A model generated the notes under the pieces. The model searched no databases. It saw only the letters and a program-made list of their open reading frames with translations, and had not been told where the DNA came from. From NCBI GenBank assembly GCA_907165135.1, contig OU015568.1, forward strand, positions 1,302,001 through 1,366,000: DNA of 64,000 nt, written 5' to 3'. Both the position numbers and the translations under genes were made by a program. This stretch comes from Oikopleura dioica (taxonomy: Eukaryota > Animalia > Chordata). Below, one piece after another: positions 47,916-58,963 of this stretch. How positions within the stretch are numbered: the first letter of the stretch is position 1; the number at the start of each line of letters is the position of its first letter.

Positions 47916-49145
47916 CCGAGCACGGCCATATATCATTATTTACGGCCGCGTAGAGCCTGGTGATGTTCTTTAGAAACCACGTTTTCAGGCCCTCAAAGCT
48001 GATTTTCAAATGACCATAAAAAAAGTTTCCCACATCGGAGAGAAAAACTAAGCCTACCATGAGAATCAGCTCGTCGAGCTCTTTCCAAAGAGGTATAAAT
48101 CGTGAAAGGCACAAGAGGTCAAAATTTTTTTTGCCGACCCTAGTCTACTATAATCGATAAAAAATTATCGAATTTCTCAGAGGCTACGCATAATCCTGAC
48201 CAGCTCCTTTACCTGCATGTTCTTCCGTAACGTGTTCTTGGTAGTTCTTACTAGCTTACACTCCTATGGTCAGAAATTTAATGATACGGGGCCGAGCAAA
48301 TAGACTGAAATGACTTGGCGGTGATTTTAGTTCTTCAACAACCACCGCGACAATCGTTTTTCTTAGAATTTTCCGAACTTGACAACCCATAAAAATGATA
48401 CTCTACCTACTTTTGTTTATTTATGGGTTAACTGTATCTGCTACATTTACAGTTAATTAAAAGAGTAAAATAAATTAATTATCAGTACCACTCGTGTTGG
48501 ACTGGTCATACTTAGGGTTCGCGCCCAAAAATCAAGTGCCCGAAATACTTATTCTATCTTTCTGAATTTTAGATATATGATAGATAAGGGCAAATAAAGT
48601 ATAAATTATTTTAAAATTTATCAAAATTTAAGAGGGTTGAAGAGAAAATAAGCCCCAAAAATGCCAAAAAATGGGTTGACCATGTTAGTCAGCCCAAAAT
48701 TAAAATTTCAAAAAATAGTATGATCAGTAGAGGTTTCTGATCATTTTTTGATAAAAAAATTTTGGGAAGCATCTACGGTTTCCCTAGAATTTACAAAAAA
48801 CTGCCTTTTTTTGGCAATGTTTTTCTGTTACGTGATCATGCGCGCGCACGCGTAACCGCGCGTGATGGGGGTGGCCACGTAAAATTCCAATCAATTTTGC
48901 CGGAAAATTTTAATTCTTCTTTTTAACATAATTAATAAATAACTAATAATTTAAATAATAAAACTATAATAAATATGAGCTCATAATACTTTTATTAATC
49001 ATAAATAATTATAAATTGAAAAATTTTCTCTTTTTATCTTTGAGAAACCTAAAAGATCCTCTAGATTTTTAAAAGATCACCTTACGTAGGTCCACCGCTT
49101 AAAAATCGCTCTATTTTTTTTAAAAGCCCTCTTTTTTTTAAAAAA

Positions 49146-52100
49146 ATGAGAATTACTGTTACGAAGGAGACATTTTGGGGACGGCATGGAAAGAAGATCG
49201 CCAATATTCTTGGCATGCTAGCTTTTATGTTTGGCTACGCATCAGGTAACATTTTGAGATCAAGGGATCCCCCCTGTTTTTTCAACTCTTTATCATGGGT
49301 AATACATTAAAATCACTTCTTCGGACCAAAATCCTGACCCCAATGTTTTTCGTTCTTATCTTGTAGCGCAGTTTCTGGGGAGTCGAATAATATAATTTTT
49401 ATGGGTCGGTAATACTATATTATATCGGGTTCTAGAGCTATAAGTACGTGAAAATAACAAGTACTGAAGCCTCAGAACTCTGAAACTTTCTTTTTAAAGT
49501 ATAGTGAATTTGGGCTCTTTCGAAAGCCCAGCTCAAACTGTGGTTGGGCAGACTATGCATGACGTAAAATTTTGTGAAAAAAATTTTGAGGGGAAAGTTT
49601 TTGGCTCAAAAAATTTTTCTGTTGAGAATTATCGGCTGCCCACCAACTGCCCAACCACAGTTTGAGCCGGGCTTTCCAATGATACCCATTTGTCCATACT
49701 TTCTTTAAAAATTTTCGGAGATACAGGGCTTCACTAGAATTTTTCAATAGGGGCGCCTATGACGTCATTAATGATGACTCAGACCCTGAAAGGTATATGA
49801 ATCGACTCCTCAGGAGCTGCCCTTTCGAATGAGAATAAGAAAGATGGAGGATAGAATTTTTTCCGAAGAAGTGATTTTCATGTATCGGGTCTCTTTATGG
49901 CATATTTAGATTCTTGCCCTCAAAAGTCGTAAAAATGCATATTAATTGAACTTTGCGTAAAAATCGCATTTTTTCCACTTTTCAATATCAACGACAAAAG
50001 ACAAAAAAGGGGGTCTATCGATAGCTTAGAATGCAACGAGAAAGAATATGACGACCGCACTAGAATTTCTGGCCATATATTGGCGGTAGAGAGCAAATTA
50101 AAGCCAGAAAAGGGCCAAAAAAGCATCAAAAATTTTTCTCAGGCAAAATAATTTATCCCAAATGGGCTGAATTTCCAGTCAAAATTGGAAAAAACGGAAA
50201 GGGGGTGATCCCTCAAAGAATCGCCTGTTATAAGACATAAAACAACTATGATCATATCGACCGGGGGATCCTTAACTCGTAATTATGGTGAAGATTTAAA
50301 TTATATTTGTAGGATTTCTCCATGCATTCTTCATGAAGAAGAAAGAAGAAATCGAATTTCAGAAGATAATAGATAATCTGGTAAGTTCGAGATTAACGAA
50401 GTGATACCCCTAAAAATTTTATCTTTATTAACAGTAGCTTATGCCAGCAAAACACAAAAGCTCGTCTCTCGGACATTCTTGAATAAGTAAACATGGGAAT
50501 TTTTTGTCCAACAAAATCTGTCTCTCATACTTTGCAACGAAATCAAAAATTTGAGAAAGAGTCTTTGAGACGGAAAAAAACAAATGAATTATTACGATCA
50601 TTATGTAATATTATCTTGTTTAATGATAGAAGCTCAATACAAGAGCTTCATTCCATGAGTTATTTTTCAAGAAAATGATACACAATTTAATTTTATTTTT
50701 TTCTACGCTTGTCACAGGAAAATGGACAAGAGAATCTTTTGATTAGGTCACGAGATAATACTGCTTTACAGAGGTTTAATTATTATTATCTTTCAAAAGA
50801 TTTGACTGCGCGGTCACCAAATTATGAGAACGAAAGTCTTGAAAGTTCGCTTCGACATATACAGCGTTTTAATCGTAAATTAACGACGAGTAAAACATAT
50901 TGTCACAGTGCTGTTTTTATGACTATTCGGCTCCCAAACCCTTATGTTCGAGATGAATGGACTTACCTGCGGAATGTTATTGGAAGTAAAGTTGTTCTCA
51001 GTCGCTTAGCCTATAATTATTGACACTCCCACTGATTACAAAAAAGAGCTAAAATTGAAATTCTTGCGCCGCAATGCCATGATAAAATTTCAAATGTCGG
51101 AAATTATGACTTGGACAATGATGCCGGAGTTGTTTTTAATTATATTTTAAGGGAAACAGGGGTTAACTTAAAATTTGAAGTTTTCTTAAGCTAACCCTCA
51201 AAGGGATCAAGAGATACCAGATTTTATTGAAGCTTGGTCGCCAAAACTCGCTGAAATTCTTCTTGGTGATACTGACACAGTTTTTACTGTCAGTACAATA
51301 TTGTAATAGGAAGTAAACGCGATCTAACAAATGAATATTATTCAGTATTCGTTTTGAAAAGCAGAAGAAACGTAAGCCTTTTATATTTGACTTGCTTTAC
51401 AAAATGTCGGAGGCTTCTCATGATGAGAGTAAAACAGGTAAAGCTCTATTAAAAATCAATTCTAAAAATGAATTTCAAAGTGCTCCAGGGAATTATGACA
51501 CAATCTAACTATGTCGTCGAATATATTGAATCAGCTTTCGAAAAAGGATTCAAAAAATTATGGAGAATAATATATTGTATTATCTTGCATCCCTTTTAGT
51601 TATTTTTGATGGCGACCAAACAGAAAGGGAAAATAATATAAGAGAAATTCTCCAAACAATCGAATCTATTACTCAAAACTATTTAACTCATCTTGATGAA
51701 ACCGAGAGTGGAGGCGATCATGGATGGTTTCTCGTTTTGGCTAGAAAAAGATAATTTACCATTTTATTTGCTCAAGAAGCTAACAGTGATGTTTGCAAGT
51801 GCCTTCCTTTTACCTGAGCTCGGGTCAAGCGTATTTGACAAGACGAACTGATTTTTGTTTTGGCTTTTCATCGCGCTTGTAATAGAAAGTTGTTAACTTG
51901 CCATAAGAGAAATTCGATCGAAGGCACTGCAATTTGCGCTGTTAAAATTTTGAATTCAGAAAATATTATTTTCTCTATTTCTAGCCATATAAGATGGATT
52001 GCAGCATATAGTAGAATTAGAAATGAGCGACCGGCTTGGAGAAGACGTAACGCAGACTTTTATTGAGATTTTCAAAGAATATGCACTTGAACAAATTTTT

Positions 52101-52209
52101 CACAGCGAATAAAACTCATGATGAATTTTCCAAAATTGCAAGAGCTTTCATTCGTTCAGCTTCAATGTCTTCCTCTCGTTCATTTTCACGTTGTCTCATT
52201 CCCTTATAA
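49146..52209 (+). CDS. Unknown multi-exon cargo gene inside the hAT element (possible type II membrane protein)
   Basis: Exon 1 MRITVTKETFWGRHGKKIANILGMLAFMFGYAS splices in phase (49246-50312) to GFLHAFFMKKKEEIEF. Further open exons at 50709-51020 and 51560-51720; last exon ...SRSFSRCLIPL* ends at 52209. The internal exon chain is not fully resolved. Confidence 0.55.
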
Positions 52210-52212
52210 ATA

Positions 52213-55200
52213 TTAATTGAATGCACAGTTAGAATCGAAGTTGGTCACCTCCCAAATCAACGCTTCTGCCTTTTCTTCATCATCAAGGAGTTTCAGATGC
52301 TCAAATGCTTTGTTTTGTTTTGCGATCGTAAGTCGCCACAGACGTATATCAAGCGTTCGAGTATCCGAAGTTTCAAGGCCCTTCAGAATTCAGAAAGGAA
52401 GGTTTCAGAAGCACTTTTTAATAACATTCAGGGACAGGGCGAAGCCGACCCGAAGGGGAGGCCACGCTCGTTTTTAATTACAGTCAGGAAGAGAGCGTGG
52501 CCTCCCCTTCGGGTCGGCTTCGCTCTTTTTTCATTACAGTAAGGGACAGGGCGAAGCCGACCCGAAGGGGAGGCCACGCCCGTTTTTTAATTACAGTCAG
52601 GAAGAGAGCGTGGCCTCCCCTTCGGGTCGGCTTCGCTCTTTTTTCATTACTGTAAGGGACAGGGCGAAGCCGACCCGAAGGGGAGGCCACGCCCGTTTTT
52701 AATTACAGTCAGGAGAGAGCGTGGCCTCCCCTTCGGGTCGGCTTCGCTCTTTTTTCATTACTGTAAGGGACAGGGCGAAGCCGACCCGAAGGGGAGGCCA
52801 CGCCCGTTTTTTAATTACAGTCAGGAAGAGAGCGTGGCCTCCCCTTCGGGTCGGCTTCGCTCTTTTTTCATTACAGTAAGGGACAGGGCGAAGCCGACCC
52901 GAAGGGGAGGCCACGCCCGTTTTTAATTACAGTCAGGGAGAGAACTAAGCCTCTCTTTACAATTTTTTGAAACCTTGACCAAACGTTCGCTCTAAAATTC
53001 AAATGAGAAAAATTCAGAAGAAATTCCGCTTACCAACAGGGCGATTGTCAGAAACGGCGACAATATTGTGCGGAATTCTATTTTTGTAAGCAGAAATCTC
53101 TGTATATTCTTTCGTCCACTTTTTATTAATACTCTCCCAAGCGACTGAAACTAGCTCGTTCAGTTTTCGGATCCAAGTCAATTTTCGTCGATGTTGATGG
53201 AGAATTACGTTCATTTTGTCAATCAAAAGAAGAATATCAGCCCCGGTTTGTTGATTCTGTCGCTCGGAATGAAGGAATTTTCCTCTTTCCTCAAACATCA
53301 CCATAAGATTATGAAACGCCGTATCGAAATTTTTCCCAAAACAATTGGGTGTAAATTAGTTAAAGTTCAAATAAAATTTAAACCCAGCCCATAATATGAA
53401 GTGAATAGACCCCTGCTTAACACGCTCCATTCTTTTCTCCATATCTGTGTACGCTTTCATAAGTGAGCCGTAAGTTCTAAAATTTTTATTTTGTTATCAG
53501 AACAGGCCTTTCCTACCGTGAATGTCCTCCAGATGATTTAAGAAAAGGCTCGCTTACCGCCCACCAAAACATTGGTATTATAGAAGATTTCAGTTTTGTC
53601 AAGTCGTAATCAGATTTTTCCGAAATGGTAAGAATCTATAAATTTTTGACGCTTAAAGCAAGAGTATATTTTTAATACCATGTTAGCGAATTTTCTGTCC
53701 CGATAATCCCGACAAGTTTTTAAAACAAGTTCTTCGTGTTTAAAAAAATTAAGCACGTTCGCTTGATGGACTGCGTAACTAATCTTTGTTTGGAATAATT
53801 GTTTAAAATACGCATATTACCGGGATCCAATGTCCGAGAGAAAGGGGCGTGTCGAAAACGTTTCAGCTTCGAGAAACGAAGCTTCGAGCCCAAAACGAAT
53901 ATCAGATCTACTATGACTGCATGTTGTTCGACTTCCGAAACTCATTTTTAGACTGTGTAGAAGATTCCAAGTGTCTTTGTTATTGGCTGAATTAAATATC
54001 TTATTGATTTGATGTATGTAGGAAAAAGCCGCTTCGCGGCTAGGTTTTTGTTAATAATTCTGATCTGTTATTTTAACCATTTCCTGCGGGTCGGCCTTTC
54101 GGATTTTCAGCAAGTGCATCTCTTGATTTATCTTCGAACATAAAGTGTTCATAACTTCGAAGATCAAAGTTTGCCGCTTTGCAGTGATCGACATTGCAAT
54201 AATAAAAATTTAAAAGATGCTTAGATCAAAAACTGACCCCTTTCCCACATGCATAACACAATGTAAAGGAATCGCTCCGGAGAAGCCATTTTCTTTAAGC
54301 TTATCAGAAAATAAAATGTTCGCCTTGAGCTGGGCATGAGCTATGAGATTGGATAAATACTTTAAACCCTTTTTATCATACCTGTATCGCTCACTACGAA
54401 CTTAAGCTTTTGAAATAACATCCGATAGAATGGCAATTTTATCAATTCTGCGAAGGCGGATTCTGCAATGTTTTCTGCAGAATGCTTTAACCGGCTTCAG
54501 ATGTTTTTTTAAGGCAATATAAAAAAGCAAGATTTAAGAATCTCAATTGTTTCAAAAAGAATTTTTGAAAAATGTCAATTTGACAATCCAAGTGTGAAAT
54601 TTTAAACTTATTTACCACTTTTTAGTTTTCCCTCTACCGTTCCTTAATTTGCTGAAACAGGGACAAAAGCATAAACCCACCACGTTCATTTGAAACTCCT
54701 AGTGCAGCGACCGCGCGATTTCGCCTACTAGTGCTCCCGTCCATGTGAATGGTCAGGTAACGTGATGAGCGAACAAAACTCTCCATTTGATCATGAAGGA
54801 TTGGGGTAAAGGCCCCAGTTAAGGAGGTGATAAAATTTTGGGAGGGCATAGCAACTGATTTGTCTGGATCGTCAAGAGCATTCTTCAAATCAGGAAAAAG
54901 ATCAGTGAATTCTTCCAACGTCGATTGTATAGTCAATGTTGGAATACCCTTCATCTTAGATATAAGCAGAAATTTGATCAAAGGAGTGTCGTAAGTTGGC
55001 TCAAATTCAATCTTACTAAAAGAAAATAAATTTCAGAGTTACCGTCATTTGACCGCGAATATCGCGGTTTCGATTAACGGAGGTTGCAGGCGGATTCTTT
55101 TTTTGGAAGATAGATACAACTGGGCAGGTTTTCACTTCCAAAAATTCCGGAACAGGAATCGGAGACGGTGTTGGCTCTTGCCTAGGCCTTTTTGACGTTC

Positions 55201-55750
55201 TGGTAGCAGGAATTGTGCAAAAGTGATACTCAAAAGTCCCCATGTTTTCAAGCATTTCTTTTATTTTCTTTGAAATACGCGCAGAGTTCTGCCAAACAGC
55301 TTGTTCCATATCAACTTCATCCCAAATTTGAGCTCGAATATCAGTGTCAAGTATCCAGGACAAAAGGACTCTGTGCGCACCCTTCGTTGGGCGTATAAAA
55401 TTCAACCAAGCATTATTTCCGTCTCGAGTACCTTCTCTCTTAAGTGTCTCTTTTTCTTCCCAATCTCTGAGAGTAATCACGTCACTGTATGTCGTAACCA
55501 AGTATTTTGCAGTTTCGTAACTCATAGGACATGCCGGAATTAGACTGGAAACAAACCCACAAAATATAAGATGAATTTTCATATTTTAGGATTTTGGAAG
55601 AGAAATCCTCGTAGATCCATTTTTAAATACAGTATTATCAAAAATTATGTCATTCTCAGTTGTAGCCCAAACGACTTCTTTTCAATCTTTTTCATGACGC
55701 TGCAAAGTCTGAGAGACCAGCGCGGCTGTTCAAGTCGAGTTTCTTCATGT
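52213..55750 (-). CDS. Diverged hAT-like DDE transposase (multi-exon)
   Basis: YLTIHMDGSTS (first Asp), HSAENIAESAF...KLKFVVSDT (second Asp), PLHCVMH (CxxH motif), SDNRPV|ERTFG (ERxF motif with the catalytic Glu), then LTIAKQNKAFEHL. Start and intactness not confirmed. Confidence 0.8.
52430..52935. repeat. Tandem array of ~112-bp units, each with an inverted copy of a ~30-bp GC-rich motif
   Basis: GCGAAGCCGACCCGAAGGGGAGGCCACGC forward at ~52441, 52553, 52666, 52777 and 52890, with four reverse-complement copies interleaved. Confidence 0.93.
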
Positions 55751-57351
55751 TTCAGAAAATCTTAGCTTAGCTAACGCTGAATTCCGCCTGTGGTAGATAG
55801 ATATGACCAATATCTAGTGCCGTTTTTCGGAGTTTCAATTGCAGTAGAGAGCCAAGAGTCAAACCTGTTTTTGAAAAGTAGCGATTTCCGCCTCTCGCAG
55901 GATTAAAATTTTCTTAAGAAAAATAAGTCTGATCATGGAATTCTCAGTTGATTAAGGTAGATCATCCCCTTATCTTATGCCGTTTTGAGAAAATTTTGTG
56001 TGCCCAAAACATACTTAACAAATTTTTTTTTTTTGAAGTGGCTCAAAAATGAAGATTTTCATGAAATCAATGGTTAGTAAAAATCGCCTCTAAAATCCCG
56101 AAAATTAGCCCGTTTTATAATAGATCGACCAATTTTTAGTAAATAAATATGTAATTACTTAGTTTTCGTCCAAAAAACATTAACAAAAACTCCTTGGAAC
56201 ATTTATAGAATGATTTTAATACTGCTGAATACAAATTCAAAATTTAATTTTTTCATTGAATATCGTGAAAAACAGGTAATCGATTTTTTTCTTACAAAAT
56301 TTTTGAAATTTTAAATTCTGGTCTCCATAGGATCTAGACAAGGGTCTTATCTAACTTCTCAGAAGAAAATAAATTCCGCCCTATATAAGGGTTTCGAGAA
56401 AAGTCTGCCAGGAAAATGGTCATTTTTAGCGATTTCCGAGTTTTCAACGCCATTTTTTACGATTATTTTCTGGAGATATAGAAATCGGCCTTCCATAGGC
56501 ACGAGATAAGGGCCTCAACTCTCTATTAAAACAAAAAATCATTGGTCACTATGTTAGGATTGGGAGAAAAGTCTACCAGAAACTCCCGATTCTTGATATC
56601 TACCTCCTTAAGAGAAAATGACTTTATTTTCAGGATCCTGAAATCAAGGAAGAGAATGGATTCGTGGCGACTCGGCTTGGCCTTCGTGAGTGGAAGATCG
56701 GAATGGCTTTTTAATTAAATTTAGTATATATTTATTATTGTTAATTGGAAAATATTTAAAAAGCCTTAAATAGAAGAATAGAAAATTGTTTTTTTGAAAA
56801 ATAAAAAAATGACAATTATTTATGTTGTATCTTCTATTTTCATTAATATCATTTTAAATCATTTTATAAATCTTTTTAAAAGAAAGAATTTCTTTAAAAG
56901 AAAGAAATACCCATTACGCGCCGACCACCCTAGCCGCGCAAGGAAATGCCTGAGGGCGAACGCGGCGCCGTGCGCTCCGCGCCGCGCAAAGATCGACAAA
57001 AAAAGACCTTCAATGGTCAATTACAGTTTGTTAGTCATCTGCTTCCCATTATTTTTCAATCGAATATTGTTCTCCTCAATCAAAATTATATATATATCCA
57101 AAAAATTTCTGGGAAGCTTTTGACTAACATGGTTTTTGAACATAAATTTCCCTATATCTCTTCAACCCTTTAATTTTTTTTTCGGTGAAATAGATTTTTT
57201 TAACCTTTAAACAGATAAAAAACACCTATAAAAATTTGAAAACAATTGGATTTGTCTATCAAAAGATAGTTTTTTTGGGCGCGAACCCTAGTCATACTTC
57301 GTCGTATTTCTCCCATAATACGCACATGATTGGCCACCAAAAAAAAAATTA

Positions 57352-58157
57352 ATGATGGAGCTTGAAGCTAGAGGGTTGAAATGTCTTGGCAGTGATTTCA
57401 CCCCTTCTACAGGCTACCACGACAATCGAACAATTACCAAGTTAGTGGTCAGGGTGAAACTAATTAGTGAATCAGGATGAGCTAATTTAGTTTAAATATA
57501 TTACTAATAGTAATCAGATATTTTTAGTAACATCGATATCATCATGATAACCGCTGATATTTCCTGCTCGATTCTCTTTAATACTACCGAAAATAAAATT
57601 CATCTAAAGGCGACTTCGATGAATACTTTCAGCTTTGATTGTCAAGATCCAAAGGAACCGGTTAATTAGATCCGTATTTCGACGAAATCAACAACGATTT
57701 AAATAAGAAATATTTATAGAAACATTTTCTAACCGGTAAAAAGTCCAGCATCATTTCTGATATTCAAACCAGTCTGTCGAAAATCAACTCCGAAATAACC
57801 CTATCCTCCGAGTTTCCTTCAAATCACCGGACAAAAAAGCGAGTCAAAGCCTTCTATCTCGTTTTAACCCGCGTCCAATTCCCCGATTCCCCCAAAACGG
57901 GTCTAGAAATCACCGTCGGGAAGACAAAACTCGGCCCGTATTTTGAGAATCAGCTGCAAAACAGCCAGGTTTTCAAATTCGAGAAACTGGAGAATAACTT
58001 TTGCGAACTCAATTTTCCCGGTTGGAAGTCTTTTAAAATGTCGATTGAGAGTGGAAAGGAAGAGTTTTTAGATGAAGCCAAGGCATTTCATTTCCAAGTT
58101 GATAAATTTTTAATAATTGGCGAGGAAGAAATTCGAAAGTTTGAGGAATCACTGTAG
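57352..58157 (+). CDS. Hypothetical multi-exon protein
   Basis: Open exon-like stretches (MMELEARGLKCLGSDF; ...GKKSSIISDIQ...EEEIRKFEESL*); no recognised domain. Confidence 0.35.
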
Positions 58158-58963
58158 CTTATTTAAAATAAGTTATTTTCGGTCCCTTTTAGTTCCATTT
58201 TTTCGTTCGTCAATCAAAATCGTTTCATGCTCATTCTGACCTTTTCCAGCCTCTTTATTCTATCCTCAGCGGGCAATAAAAAATAAAAGCACTATTTATC
58301 CACGCTAACTACGTCTACTTTTACACCGGAGCGTTAAATCCGGATTTTGACAAACTGTTGACCTCGATTTTTTCTTCAAACCGAGAAATTTCATGTCATG
58401 AGATTTTTGGTGTTTGAATATTTTGGCCGCTCTTACTAGTGATTTCAAATGCCGAAGGTTATCAAATATTGACTGAACGGAGATAGAAAAAATGAAGAGT
58501 AAAAATTCGCCAGCTGCGCAACTAGCAAATGCCTCTTAGAGAATTTTATAAAGAAAAGAACGCTAAAATAAGCTTAAAATGAACTCAAAATACAAAAAAA
58601 CTTATACGCGTAATTATACGAACTACTGATTATAGGCTGTTTCAAATTAAATTCTATAATTATCGGTTTCTGATAAGGTTAAAAGCAAACTTGTGTCCCT
58701 CTTCTATCTCATCGATCGCTCCTTTTTCTGCCAAGCTACCTGCTTTTCTGCGTTTCCCGTCTTACCTTCCCTATTTTATTTTCTTCAAATTTGATCGTTT
58801 TTTCCTGCGTAGAGAAAAAAGGCAAAATGCGATATGTTTATTACCCGGTATTGATAAATACTTATTGTTACTCGTTACTCGATGTTCTTCAATTTATTTT
58901 ACTGAATGTCTGTTATTATTTCTTCAACTAGTAAATTTGAAATTATTCGATTTTCTTCAGGAA

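Larger units (their letters stand above)
44817..48142. mobile_element. Non-autonomous hAT-type element (3.3 kb), 8-bp TSD GTCTACTA, containing a long nested palindrome
   Basis: GTCTACTA|TAGGGTCGGCAAAAAAAAATTTT ... AAAATTTTTTTTGCCGACCCTA|GTCTACTA. Confidence 0.92.
48513..57290. mobile_element. 8.8-kb hAT-superfamily transposon with transposase and cargo gene
   Basis: GTCATACT|TAGGGTTCGCGCCCAAAAA ... TTTTTGGGCGCGAACCCTA|GTCATACT (19-bp perfect TIR, 8-bp TSD). Subterminal inverted motifs (ACCATGTTAGTCA, GAGGGTTGAAGAG). Confidence 0.95.

Noticed and set aside
45443-48114. ORFs 45443-45787 and 47815-48114
   Set aside because: They derive from the ~127-bp tandem subrepeats of the palindrome.
49260-50280. 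Further nested TTAA-type MITEs in the hAT element (49264-50275, also ~55952-56610)
   Set aside because: The interiors look MITE-like, but the termini match only partly and TSDs are not clean, so they are not called.
52430-52935. CRISPR-like appearance of regularly spaced palindromic repeats
   Set aside because: Spacers are near-identical, orientation alternates, there are no cas genes, and the context is eukaryotic.
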